This document shows, piece after piece, positions 47,697 to 57,620 of a stretch of DNA of 64,000 nucleotides; the stretch's first letter is position 1, and every line of letters begins with the position of its first letter. The position numbers were made by a program, and so were the translations under genes. This DNA comes from Clostridiales bacterium (lineage in GTDB: Bacteria > Bacillota > Clostridia > Caldicoprobacterales > UBA3941): positions 23,048-87,047 of the forward strand of contig JAAYTG010000080.1 in NCBI GenBank assembly GCA_012518075.1, given 5' to 3'. The notes beneath the pieces were generated by a model that saw nothing but the letters and a program-made list of their open reading frames with translations, was not told the origin of the DNA and searched no databases.

Positions 47697-49190
47697 ATGG
47701 TGATACATGCTTTAATGATAGTATTTGGTGGTACTGGAGATTTAGCTCATAGGAAGCTTTATCCCGCTGTATGTAATTTATATTTTTCAGGTTTGTTACC
47801 TCAAGAGTTTGCTCTGGTATCGGTAGGAAGAAGGGATAAGACGACTGAGGAATTCCGCAAAGAGGTTGTAGATTCTATTACGAAGGATTCAAATATAAAC
47901 CCCGTAAAGAATAAGGATTTGGATGATATTACATCTAGGTTCTATTATTATAAAAATGATTTCTATAGCAACCAAGGCTATGAAGACCTAGGTAAGTTTT
48001 TGCAACAATTAGATGAAAAATACGAGACCAGGGGCAATAGAGTCTTTTATTTGGCTGTTGCTCCTGAACATTTTGGGCCTGTAGTAGAGAGGATAAACAG
48101 TGCTGGCCTGACTCCTAACAGTGGGAATTCATGGCAAAGAGTAGTTATAGAGAAACCCTTTGGGAAGGATTTGGACTCGGCAGCAAAGTTGAACCAGGAC
48201 ATAAGCAGGGTATTTGATGAAGAAAATATTTATAGGATAGATCACTATTTGGGTAAAGAAATGATGCAAAATATCATGGTTATCCGATTTGCAAACACTC
48301 TTTTTGAGCCTCTGTGGAATAACAAGCACATAGATCATATACAGATAACTTCTAGTGAGACAGTAGGGGTGGAAAATAGGGGGGGATATTATGAAGGATC
48401 GGGTGCCTTAAGGGATATGATGCAAAACCACATGCTACAGCTCCTTATGTTGACGGCGATGGAGCCACCGGTCAACCTAGATAACCAATCTATTCGTGAT
48501 GAAAAGGTTAAGGTACTCAGGGCTCTATCCCCTATGACTCCTGAGGAAGTGAAGAGAAATGTTGTGAGAGGGCAGTACGGACCAGGGATAGACGGGGATA
48601 GGAAGCTTAAGGGCTATAGACAGGAAGAACGGGTGTCCCCTCAGTCAAACACTGAGACCTACGTAGCCATGAAACTCATGGTAAATAATATTCGCTGGGC
48701 AGGAGTTCCCTTCTATCTGAGAACAGGTAAGCGTATGCCCTGCAAGACCACTGAGATAGCAATACAGTTTTCTGAACCACCGGAAGTATTATATTTTAAG
48801 GAGTTTCAGAGATTGGAGTCCAACTTATTGGTCATAAAAATTCAGCCTAGAGAAGGTGCTTTTCTGCAGTTTAATGCAAAGAAACCAGGCGCCCGTAGTG
48901 AAATCATTCCAGTGGCTATGGATTTTTGTCAAAACTGCGATATTGGAGCAGAATCTGTAGATGCCTATGTAAGATTGTTGTATGATGTTTTAAGAGGAGA
49001 TTCTACCCTCTTTACCAGATGGGATGAAGTTGAGCACTCATGGAGATTTATTGATAAGATTGCAAAGACTTGGGAGGATACTGCACCCGATTTTCCTAAC
49101 TATTCAGCAGGAAATTGGGGACCGGAAGAAGCAAGGGAACTAATAGAGAGAGATGAAAGAATGTGGAGGGATGTTTGTGACTATTATTGA
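47697..49190 (+). CDS. zwf: Glucose-6-phosphate 1-dehydrogenase
   Basis: FGGTGDLAHRKLYPA dinucleotide motif, active-site RIDHYLGKE, 497 aa. Confidence 0.9.
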   Translation: MVIHALMIVFGGTGDLAHRKLYPAVCNLYFSGLLPQEFALVSVGRRDKTTEEFRKEVVDSITKDSNINPVKNKDLDDITSRFYYYKNDFYSNQGYEDLGKFLQQLDEKYETRGNRVFYLAVAPEHFGPVVERINSAGLTPNSGNSWQRVVIEKPFGKDLDSAAKLNQDISRVFDEENIYRIDHYLGKEMMQNIMVIRFANTLFEPLWNNKHIDHIQITSSETVGVENRGGYYEGSGALRDMMQNHMLQLLMLTAMEPPVNLDNQSIRDEKVKVLRALSPMTPEEVKRNVVRGQYGPGIDGDRKLKGYRQEERVSPQSNTETYVAMKLMVNNIRWAGVPFYLRTGKRMPCKTTEIAIQFSEPPEVLYFKEFQRLESNLLVIKIQPREGAFLQFNAKKPGARSEIIPVAMDFCQNCDIGAESVDAYVRLLYDVLRGDSTLFTRWDEVEHSWRFIDKIAKTWEDTAPDFPNYSAGNWGPEEARELIERDERMWRDVCDYY

Positions 49191-49812
49191 TATATCTATG
49201 CCAATTACTATAGATATGCCAGTTTATAAGAATAGGGATGAAAAACGACCTAGTATTGAGCTTGTTCGAGATTTTACTAGCGGGAGCGTTTATGAAAGTA
49301 GGTTATCTATAGAGCTTCATACAGGAACTCATATTGATGCACCACTGCATATGATTGAGGGTGGAGAAGATATTACTGTCTACCCAATCGCAAGATCGGT
49401 ATCCCCCTGTAGGGTTTTGGATTTAACCAATATAGAAGATGGTATCACCAAGGAGGATCTAGTAAATAAGGAAATTGTAGCTGGGGAATTTGTTCTGTTA
49501 AAGACCAGAAACTCCTGGCATGATGAATTTAATCCAGACTTTATCTATCTAGAAGAGAGCGGGGCCAAATATCTAGTTGAAAAAGGTATTATAGGCGCAG
49601 GAATAGACAGCTTGGGAATTGAACGAAGCCAGGCAGACCATGGAACCCATAAAAGTCTATTGGGAAATGGGATTATGATATTGGAGGGGCTAAGGTTAAA
49701 GCATGTTCAGGAAGGTATCTACATGTTGATTGCAGCGCCTTTGAATATTCCAGGAGTAGAAGCTTCACCAGTAAGGGCATTTTTAATGGATAGAGGGACC
49801 TTTAATCTATGA
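49177..49812 (+). CDS. Cyclase-family metal hydrolase (kynurenine-formamidase-like)
   Basis: HTGTHIDAPLH (HxGTHxDxPxH) motif. Start placed at GTG 49177, 6 nt after GGAGGG, overlapping zwf by 14 nt. Confidence 0.8.
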   Translation: MTIIDISMPITIDMPVYKNRDEKRPSIELVRDFTSGSVYESRLSIELHTGTHIDAPLHMIEGGEDITVYPIARSVSPCRVLDLTNIEDGITKEDLVNKEIVAGEFVLLKTRNSWHDEFNPDFIYLEESGAKYLVEKGIIGAGIDSLGIERSQADHGTHKSLLGNGIMILEGLRLKHVQEGIYMLIAAPLNIPGVEASPVRAFLMDRGTFNL

Positions 49813-51557
49813 AGATTTTACTAACCAGTTTAAACTCGAAATTTATCCATAGCAATTTAGCTATAAGATATTTAAAATCCAGCTGTAAAAACCTGCCTGT
49901 AACTCTTCTAATGGATGAATTTACAATCAATGACAAGATGGAAAAGGTTATTGGAGAAATATATAGGCATAGGCCAGATATTGTGGCATTTTCCTGCTAT
50001 ATATGGAATATAGAAGAAACCTTAATGCTAGTGGAATCCTTAAAAAAGGTAGCGCCTGAATGTATTATTGTTCTGGGGGGGCCTGAGGTATCCTATAATA
50101 GTATTGGGCTAATGGAAGAGAATCCTGAAATAGATTTTATAGTGAGGGGAGAAGGGGAGGTTACCTTTCCTATTCTCATGGGGAAAATTATTTCAGACCA
50201 GCCTTTCGATGATGTGGAAGGTATTACCTATAGAATAGATGGAGGTATTATTGAAAATAGAGAGAGAGAGTTAATCAAGGATTTGGATACTATTCCCTTC
50301 CCTTATGAAGATGGCTTTGAAGGCCTAGAGAACCGTATAATCTATTATGAAACCACCAGAGGCTGTCCCTTTCAGTGTCAATATTGCCTTTCTTCTATAA
50401 ACAAAGGGGTTAGGTATTTATCTCTGGATAGGGTGAAGAGGGATATTAAGACCTTTATAGATGCAAAGATTCCACAGGTTAAGCTAGTGGATCGAACTTT
50501 TAACTGTAATCCCAAGAGAGCAAGAGCTATATTTAAGATGATTATGGACGTGGGAGGGAGTACCAACTTCCACTTTGAAATATGTGGAGATCTCTTGGAC
50601 CAGGAAACACTTGATCTTTTGAAAGATGCTCCTGCTGGATTATTTCAGTTTGAGATAGGAGTTCAGTCCACCAGGGAAAAGACTTTGGAGGCTATCAAAA
50701 GGAAGACTAACTTTGATGCTCTTTCAAAGTGGGTTAAAAAGCTTAAGGGGTATAGGAATATTCATCTCCACTTGGATTTAATAGCTGGGTTACCGGGAGA
50801 GGATTACTTATCCTTTCAAAAGTCTTTTAACGACGTATATGAATTAAAACCCGATAGGCTTCAACTGGGATTTTTAAAACTTCTAAAAGGATCTGGTATG
50901 AGAAACAATGCAGAAAACTGGGGATACGAGTATACATCCTATCCTCCTTACGAGATTTTGCAAAACAAAGATATCACATATGCCGAGCTATTAATGCTAA
51001 AGGATGTAGAAGATCTAGTAGAGAAGTATTACAATACCCATCGATTTGAAAACAGTCTTGATTATCTAGGTCTTTTCTTCCATTGGGACTATTACAGCCT
51101 CTATGAAAGCTTTGCCCAGTATTGGAGGGGCAAGGGCTATAATAAAGTATCCCATAGCTTGATGCGCCTTTACGAGATCCTTATTGGATTTGGGCTGAGC
51201 CTGAAAGGAGTAGACAAGGACCTTTTCAAGGATTTAATCAAATTGGATTATGTATCCTTGCAAAAACCTTCCAGGTATCCCAAAGGGATAAAGGCAGAGC
51301 AGTCCAAAGAGAAGAAAGAAAGGATTCGTCGCTTCTTTAATGACCCAGACAATATACGGAAATACTTGCCTCATTTGAAAGAGTATACTCCCAGCCAAAT
51401 TTCCCGCATGGCTCATATAGAGTTTTTTGACTATGATATAACACAAATTCCTAATGCAGATAGAGTAATCAAAAGGCCTACTATGGTACTTTTTGACTAT
51501 AATATTAGTAATAAAATATTCGAAAAAAGTCGAAGGATAAGAATAAATTCCCTTTAG
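49809..51557 (+). CDS. B12-binding-domain radical SAM protein with DUF4080-like C-terminus
   Basis: N-terminal cobalamin-binding-like domain, CPFQCQYC radical-SAM cluster, 582 aa. ATGA overlap with the cyclase gene. Confidence 0.8.
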   Translation: MKILLTSLNSKFIHSNLAIRYLKSSCKNLPVTLLMDEFTINDKMEKVIGEIYRHRPDIVAFSCYIWNIEETLMLVESLKKVAPECIIVLGGPEVSYNSIGLMEENPEIDFIVRGEGEVTFPILMGKIISDQPFDDVEGITYRIDGGIIENRERELIKDLDTIPFPYEDGFEGLENRIIYYETTRGCPFQCQYCLSSINKGVRYLSLDRVKRDIKTFIDAKIPQVKLVDRTFNCNPKRARAIFKMIMDVGGSTNFHFEICGDLLDQETLDLLKDAPAGLFQFEIGVQSTREKTLEAIKRKTNFDALSKWVKKLKGYRNIHLHLDLIAGLPGEDYLSFQKSFNDVYELKPDRLQLGFLKLLKGSGMRNNAENWGYEYTSYPPYEILQNKDITYAELLMLKDVEDLVEKYYNTHRFENSLDYLGLFFHWDYYSLYESFAQYWRGKGYNKVSHSLMRLYEILIGFGLSLKGVDKDLFKDLIKLDYVSLQKPSRYPKGIKAEQSKEKKERIRRFFNDPDNIRKYLPHLKEYTPSQISRMAHIEFFDYDITQIPNADRVIKRPTMVLFDYNISNKIFEKSRRIRINSL

Positions 51558-51576
51558 TAGAGGGAATTTATTTTTT
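51545..51576 (+). terminator. Rho-independent terminator overlapping the stop codon
   Basis: AAATTCCCT TTAGTAG AGGGAATTT, followed by A and T6. Confidence 0.75.
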
Positions 51577-51733
51577 ATGGCAAGCTTGACAGGTTCAATA
51601 GAAATATAATCCTTTCAAACTGGTAATTCATAGATTTTCATTTTTAGCTATGCTATAATATTCATAGTTTTTAGTTGTAATGGAAATTTATACTAGATAC
51701 TCTTCAGACAGAAGATTCGAGAGGATGGGACTT

Positions 51734-53512
51734 GTGAAAAAAAGAATAATTATTGTCATTTCAGCTATTGTGCTATCTTTGACAAGCTATGGAGTCTATA
51801 GTTATTATCAAATTAATAACATGAAAGGACTGTTCGAAAATCCAACAAATAAGGCAGTTGCATCCGGAAAGACCAAGAGTCAGGATAATGCCGCAGAGGA
51901 TGAAAGAGATCCATTACTAAATGACCCTTTTCAATTTAGTAATCGAGTAAATTTTCTATTCCTGGGCCTTGATGCCAATAAACAGCGCTATAAAACTATG
52001 GGATCCTTCCGTACTGATACCATTATGCTCATATCCATTGATTTTGACAATGAAAAGGTGGATATCATATCCATTCCCAGGGATAGTTATGTAGAGATAC
52101 CCGGCAGACAAAGAAGGGAAAAAATCAATGCAGCTTTTGTCAGAGGTGGCGGCTTTGAAGGAGATGGTTTCGATAAGACAATGGAAACCGTAAGCCACTT
52201 TTTGGGGGGAATTCCCATCGACTACTATGTAGGGGTGGATATGAATGTGGTCAAAGACTTTGTAGACATTATGGATGGCATATATTATGATGTTGACGTT
52301 CGAGTCAAGTTAGGTAGTAGAGTTATTGAAAAAGGATACCAGCATTTGGATGGGCAGCAGGTTTTAGACTATGCCAGATTTCGCAAGACGGCAAGAGGAG
52401 ATATCGATAGAATAGAGCGTCAGCAAAAAATAGTCATGGCTATATTCAATGAGTTAAAATCAACAGATCAGATTCTTAAGCTTCCTCGGTATTATACAAC
52501 TGTAATGGAAAGAGTACATACCAATTTAAATATAAAGCAAATTGCAGGCCTGGCTCTTTTTGCAACAAAAATAGACCTAAATAGTATTCAACCTCATACA
52601 ATCCCAGGTGGATTCCTGGATATGGACAAGATAAGCTATTGGGGAGTAGATGAACATCAGAAAAAGGAACTTATAGAAGAGATATTCGGGGTTGAAATCC
52701 AGATTGATCCAAGAAATGATATAAAGTATATAAGAAGAGAACTTGCAGAAAAAGAGAAGGCCTTCAAAGAGGCTGTCGCCCTGAGTGAAGGGATAATCGA
52801 AACAGGGAATGAGCTTTTAGAAAACTATGAGCAGATAGTTAAGCACGAGGAAATTAGCCAAATAGAGTCCTTTACTTCCCAAATAAATCATGCGGTAGAG
52901 GATGGAGACACTGAAAATGTCAAGAGAATAAGCTTGGAACTTCAGCAATATCTAAATAGCTTACAAGCTACTTTAGAAGATCGAAACAATGCTATTTTAG
53001 CAGCTCATGCTCTAGTCGCTAATACTTTGTCAGAGAAGGGCAAATATCAAAGCTTTATAAGTAACCATGAGCAGGATACCCTAAACAAGAAAATAGAAAT
53101 TGTCAACCAAGCCATAGATTCTAAGGAAGTCGGGTCCATAAATAGGGCGGTTGAGGATTTAGAATCCTATGTTGCTCAAGTGTTTCAGGCTTGCCAGCAG
53201 CGGAAAGAAGATAAGGAAAAGACAGATAAGGGGTTGGCTGAAAGGGATCAAGCAATAAAAATTGCCCAGACTATAATAGCTGAAGTTAGGGGACAGATCA
53301 GCAACTATGATGACGTCATACAAGATGATGAAAAGAGCATCCTTCAAAACAAAATAAGTATTGTAGAAGAGGCTATAAAGTCCAAGGATACCCAAGCTAT
53401 TAACAAGGCGGCCCAGGACTTAAAGGAGTATGGGGCAGATGTTTTTAGGCGGACTGAGCAGGCTAGGGAAGCCAATGATAAAGATGCAGCTGCTAATGAA
53501 ACATCGGATTGA
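51734..53512 (+). CDS. LytR-CpsA-Psr (LCP) family protein with three C-terminal helical repeats
   Basis: N-terminal TM. LCP core (FLFLGLD...RTDTIMLISI...SIPRDSYV...ARFRK...DIDRIERQQ). Start is GTG 51734, or ATG 51725. Confidence 0.8.
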   Translation: MKKRIIIVISAIVLSLTSYGVYSYYQINNMKGLFENPTNKAVASGKTKSQDNAAEDERDPLLNDPFQFSNRVNFLFLGLDANKQRYKTMGSFRTDTIMLISIDFDNEKVDIISIPRDSYVEIPGRQRREKINAAFVRGGGFEGDGFDKTMETVSHFLGGIPIDYYVGVDMNVVKDFVDIMDGIYYDVDVRVKLGSRVIEKGYQHLDGQQVLDYARFRKTARGDIDRIERQQKIVMAIFNELKSTDQILKLPRYYTTVMERVHTNLNIKQIAGLALFATKIDLNSIQPHTIPGGFLDMDKISYWGVDEHQKKELIEEIFGVEIQIDPRNDIKYIRRELAEKEKAFKEAVALSEGIIETGNELLENYEQIVKHEEISQIESFTSQINHAVEDGDTENVKRISLELQQYLNSLQATLEDRNNAILAAHALVANTLSEKGKYQSFISNHEQDTLNKKIEIVNQAIDSKEVGSINRAVEDLESYVAQVFQACQQRKEDKEKTDKGLAERDQAIKIAQTIIAEVRGQISNYDDVIQDDEKSILQNKISIVEEAIKSKDTQAINKAAQDLKEYGADVFRRTEQAREANDKDAAANETSD

Positions 53513-53587
53513 GAGGAAAGATGGGAGTTTTATGCTGGTTATAAAGGAGTCAGCATAAAAAGTTAGATAGGATGACCAGAATAAATC

Positions 53588-53631
53588 AAAGCTCTGTGGA
53601 AATAGACTAGGAACACAGAGCTTTATTAATT
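53588..53631 (+). terminator. Candidate terminator after the LCP gene
   Basis: 11-bp stem AAAGCTCTGTG / CACAGAGCTTT with a 15-nt loop. Interrupted T-tract. Confidence 0.45.
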
Positions 53632-53866
53632 TATATAGTAATCAACATGAGAAATATGGCGTAATCATATCTTTTATAGTAGATAACAATTCAGGAATAT
53701 GGTATATTTATACAGTGGGTCCTTTGATTAGGAACATTATATAATTGACATTAAATTAATGAGGGTATTAATGGATTATACATATATGGACGATGTTATT
53801 AAAACCAATCTAGATTAGATGGAGTGACTTAAAAGACCTATATAAGGTCAACTAGGAAGTGATAGT

Positions 53867-54556
53867 TTGAATGAAATCCTAATACAAAATGTTACAAAGA
53901 TTTATCCAATGGGGGAGAGCAAGGTATATGCTCTCAGAGATATCAGCCTTAGTATAAAGCAAGGTGAATTTGTCTGCTTATTGGGGCCATCAGGTTCGGG
54001 GAAATCCACATTATTATATGTAATTGGGGGACTTGAGGAAGCCAATGAAGGAAGGGTTGATATATTTGGGGAGAGAATAACAGATTATGATCAAAATCAA
54101 CTAAGTCTTTTTAGACGAAACTACATAGGCTTTGTCTTCCAATCTTTCAATCTTTTTACCCGTCATACAGCCTCTGAAAATGTACAGATTCCTCTTTTCT
54201 TTGCCAGGCGTGATAAAAGGACTAGGAAAGAACAAGCAGATGGTTTATTAGAGCTAGTTGGACTCAAGGATCGTATTTTGCACAAGCCAGGTGAGCTAAG
54301 TGGAGGCCAGCAACAGAGAGTCAGTATAGCTAGGGCATTAGTATCAGATCCGCCCTTAATCTTAGCAGATGAGCCAACGGGCAATTTGGACAGTAAGACA
54401 GGGAAAGAGATAATTGAATTGTTTGTAAATCTAAATAAAGATAATGGCAAAACCATTATTATTGCAACCCATGATAAGGCTGTTGCTCAATTTGCCCATA
54501 AAATAGTTTATCTAAGAGATGGCTGCATTCAAAATGTAGAGGAAAATAAGATATAA
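53867..54556 (+). CDS. ABC transporter ATP-binding protein (MacB/YknY-type)
   Basis: TTG start. GPSGSGKST, LSGGQQQRVSIARAL, ILADEPTGNLD. Confidence 0.9.
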   Translation: MNEILIQNVTKIYPMGESKVYALRDISLSIKQGEFVCLLGPSGSGKSTLLYVIGGLEEANEGRVDIFGERITDYDQNQLSLFRRNYIGFVFQSFNLFTRHTASENVQIPLFFARRDKRTRKEQADGLLELVGLKDRILHKPGELSGGQQQRVSIARALVSDPPLILADEPTGNLDSKTGKEIIELFVNLNKDNGKTIIIATHDKAVAQFAHKIVYLRDGCIQNVEENKI

Positions 54557-54568
54557 GGAGGTAGTAAC

Positions 54569-55432
54569 TTGAAGAGATCTTTTGCCATATTGCTTACAAC
54601 TATAACTATATTGCTCTTTCCAATGCTTGCTATGCAAATCCACGCATCGGTCAATCGTCCTGTCGTGGTTATTCAGTCTATAGAAACGGACCCATCTCCC
54701 GTGACTCCTGGGAATGAATTTAAGCTCAAGATAAATCTTGAGAATGAAGGGAACCAATCGGCTCGATGGGTGACTTTATCCCTGACTTCTATTGAAGGCA
54801 GGGAGGGCCTGGGTTCATTTTCGGTTTTAAACAATGATAACACTATTCATTTGGGAAGGATAGATAAGGATGAGGAGGCACAGGGTGTTTTTTCTATGGT
54901 GAATGCAGGAGCTATAGAGCCTGGCATATACAATCTTAATTTTCTACTTAAATATACCAACCATAATGGAATTGAATATGAAAGCAACCATGTTACAGGT
55001 ATTATTATAAGAGAAGAAAATCTCCTATCACTCTTTAATATCAATATACCTAGTGAAGCTGAGCTTGATGATGAAATCTATATTGAAGGTGAGTTTGCAA
55101 ACCTGGGCAAATATGATATAGAGAGTGTAATGATAAAAATTCAGGGGGATATTGACATATCACCTTCTGAATATTTTGTGGGAACGATGGCATCTGGTGA
55201 TGTGGATATGTTTAGTTCTAATGCGGTGGTGAGTAAATCAGGGAATATAGATATTAAAATAGAAGCTTCATACACCGATTCCATGAACCAAAGAACAGTC
55301 ACATCCGTTGATAAGAAAATACAGGTATCTGAGCCTAAGGAAGATCTATCTCAAGAGCAAATTCCAGAAGAAGATGAAGGTTTCTTTACTTCCATAATAA
55401 GTTTTATTAAGAGACTGTTTGGGTTAGGGTGA
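54569..55432 (+). CDS. Secreted two-domain beta-rich protein (COG1361/CARDB-like) with C-terminal amphipathic helix
   Basis: TTG start after AAGGAGG. Signal/TM FAILLTTITILLFPMLAMQIHA, two internally similar beta-rich halves, tail GFFTSIISFIKRLFGLG. Family call is tentative. Confidence 0.5.
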   Translation: MKRSFAILLTTITILLFPMLAMQIHASVNRPVVVIQSIETDPSPVTPGNEFKLKINLENEGNQSARWVTLSLTSIEGREGLGSFSVLNNDNTIHLGRIDKDEEAQGVFSMVNAGAIEPGIYNLNFLLKYTNHNGIEYESNHVTGIIIREENLLSLFNINIPSEAELDDEIYIEGEFANLGKYDIESVMIKIQGDIDISPSEYFVGTMASGDVDMFSSNAVVSKSGNIDIKIEASYTDSMNQRTVTSVDKKIQVSEPKEDLSQEQIPEEDEGFFTSIISFIKRLFGLG

Positions 55433-55436
55433 GGAA

Positions 55437-56702
55437 ATGAAGTTTGCGTTGGAGTTGTTTTTATTTACCTGGAGAAACCTGTGGAGGACTAAACTTCGTA
55501 CTATTTTTACTATTGCCGGTGTTTTGATTGGGAGTGGAGCCATAATGACCATGGTGTCATTGGGGTCGGGTTTGCAGAGTAGTATTACCGGAGCTTTTGC
55601 TGAAGTAGCTGATTTGCAGGTCTTGGAGGTAATGCCTGGTTTTGATATTGATGAAAATAGTATCAGTTTCACCTTTAATACGGATGAGGCAGACTACCCT
55701 TTAGACCAGAAAGCCATAGATGCTATAAATAAACTGGAAGGCGTAGAAGGGGTAACCCCTGTTTTGAATATTTATGGTGGATATATAAGAAGCAGGGGGG
55801 AGAATCATGATATTCAGTTGATAGGTATGGATTTTTCTACTCTCCCAACATTTGGATTTGCTTTAGAGGATAGAAATGAGATTTTAAGAAAGCCAAGAGG
55901 TGTCCTAATTGGGAGTAAGGTGGGTGAGATTATCGGGGATTCTACAGAGTCAATAGGAAGAGGGAATATACAATATAATCTATCTAAATTTGATGACCAG
56001 GGTATAGAGACCAGCAAAAGATATAGGTTTGTATCCATGGGGATTTTAGAAGAGAGAAGTAGCATGGAGGATTACTCAATAATTATTCCTCTTGAGACGG
56101 CACGGGATATGCTTAAATGGTTAGGTCAGGATAGAAATTTTGAAAAAGAAGGATATGATAATCTCAAAGTAAAAGTAGTATCCCCTGAAGAAGTAGATAG
56201 GGTAACTAATGCAATACAAGATATGGGTTTTTTGTTATTCTCCCTAAAGCAAATATTAGAAGGAGTAAATGTAGTATTTCTTATAGTAAAAGTTATTCTG
56301 GGCTCAATTGGGGCCATTGCTTTGGTAGTGGCAGGTCTTGGTATAGTAAACACCATGATAATGTCAATTTATGAGAGAACAAAAGAGATCGGTATCATGA
56401 AGGTAGTGGGTGCTTCCCTAGGAGATATAAGAAATATGTTTATTCTTGAAGCTGGAATTATAGGGCTTTTAGGAGGCATAGGAGGGGTCATTTCAGGATG
56501 GCTATTAGGACGTATTATTGATTTTGGTGCCAACCTATATATTACTTCCATGGGGGGAGAAGCCATGACATTGGTAGATACACCACCAGGGCTGGTAATA
56601 TTTACTTTGATTTTTTCAATAGGGATAGGGGTGCTTTCAGGATTATATCCAGCATTAAAGGCCATGAAACTAAGCCCTTTATCCGCTATAAGGCAGGAAT
56701 AG
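55437..56702 (+). CDS. ABC transporter permease, FtsX/MacB type (4 TM)
   Basis: TM1, about 230-aa ectodomain, then 3 TM, with the ERTKEIGIMKVVGA FtsX signature region. Confidence 0.85.
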   Translation: MKFALELFLFTWRNLWRTKLRTIFTIAGVLIGSGAIMTMVSLGSGLQSSITGAFAEVADLQVLEVMPGFDIDENSISFTFNTDEADYPLDQKAIDAINKLEGVEGVTPVLNIYGGYIRSRGENHDIQLIGMDFSTLPTFGFALEDRNEILRKPRGVLIGSKVGEIIGDSTESIGRGNIQYNLSKFDDQGIETSKRYRFVSMGILEERSSMEDYSIIIPLETARDMLKWLGQDRNFEKEGYDNLKVKVVSPEEVDRVTNAIQDMGFLLFSLKQILEGVNVVFLIVKVILGSIGAIALVVAGLGIVNTMIMSIYERTKEIGIMKVVGASLGDIRNMFILEAGIIGLLGGIGGVISGWLLGRIIDFGANLYITSMGGEAMTLVDTPPGLVIFTLIFSIGIGVLSGLYPALKAMKLSPLSAIRQE

Positions 56703-56787
56703 GTCCACACAAGATATATTCCTATAGGCATCGTTGAATTCCCACAATTGGTTTTTTATAAAAGAGCAAAGGAAGAGGGGGAAAGAT

Positions 56788-57516
56788 ATGAATGAAAAAA
56801 AAGGATTAGGATATGTTTTAAAGAACATTTTTTTCAAGCCGGCTTTAGCCTTTGACAGTTTTAAGGTAGGCTCTGCTATTGTTTTTGCCCTTGTACTAAT
56901 TTTTAGTGCCAACATCTTCAATGGCATAATACAAGTGGATACGGTTAAGGAATTGGATTTGACTGAATTTGAATTAACGGATGAAATGATAGAACAATAC
57001 AGGGATATGGGCTATTCAGAGGAAGAAATTAAGGAGATAGAAAAAACCTTTGACTCACAAGATTTTCAAGACACTATGGGTGTGGTAGGTAAATTTGCAG
57101 GTGTTTTTTCCTTTATTGGAGGGGTTATTGCTGGTATAGGTGTGTGCATAGGCTGGCTTATCAAAGGAGGAATTATTACTTTAGTCTTTAGTTTCATGGG
57201 GACCAAAGCAAAATTCGGCGAGACCATGGCTATAATTGGTCTGGCATGGATTCCTTTCTTTATTAGAGAAATTCTTCGAGGTATAATGACCTTAGCTACA
57301 GGGGAGGCAGCCGGGGCGGCCTCTAGCATGGTGAATAATTTGGACATATTTGTCCTTTGGAATGTTATATTATTAATCATTGGCTTTTCTGTAAATCTAA
57401 AGATATCCAAGAAAAGAACTGGTGCTGTAGTAATTGGCTATTGGGCCTTCACCATGTTATTCTATTTTGGTATAGATCAATTAGGGAAATTATTAGTAGG
57501 GGCCATAGGAGGATAA
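56788..57516 (+). CDS. Yip1-domain-like membrane protein (YknW-like)
   Basis: About 5 TM helices, with an acidic extracytoplasmic loop after TM1. Start moved to ATG 56788 after GAAGAGGGGG. Confidence 0.55.
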   Translation: MNEKKGLGYVLKNIFFKPALAFDSFKVGSAIVFALVLIFSANIFNGIIQVDTVKELDLTEFELTDEMIEQYRDMGYSEEEIKEIEKTFDSQDFQDTMGVVGKFAGVFSFIGGVIAGIGVCIGWLIKGGIITLVFSFMGTKAKFGETMAIIGLAWIPFFIREILRGIMTLATGEAAGAASSMVNNLDIFVLWNVILLIIGFSVNLKISKKRTGAVVIGYWAFTMLFYFGIDQLGKLLVGAIGG

Positions 57517-57542
57517 ATTGAATCAAGAAGCATTCTATATAG

Positions 57543-57585
57543 AAGCACTAGTAAGGCTTGCAGGATGAGTTTACTGGTGCTTTTC
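57543..57585 (+). terminator. Rho-independent terminator after the Yip1-like gene
   Basis: AAGCACTAGTAA ... TTACTGGTGCTT (one G-U), followed by TTTT. Confidence 0.6.
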
Positions 57586-57620
57586 ACAAATTTATATAGT
57601 TATGAAAGTGAGGAATTTAT

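Noticed and set aside
53807-53816. Perfect 10-bp palindrome AATCTAGATT upstream of the second ABC operon
   Set aside because: 5-bp arms are expected many times by chance in 64 kb of AT-rich DNA, and no supporting promoter context was found.
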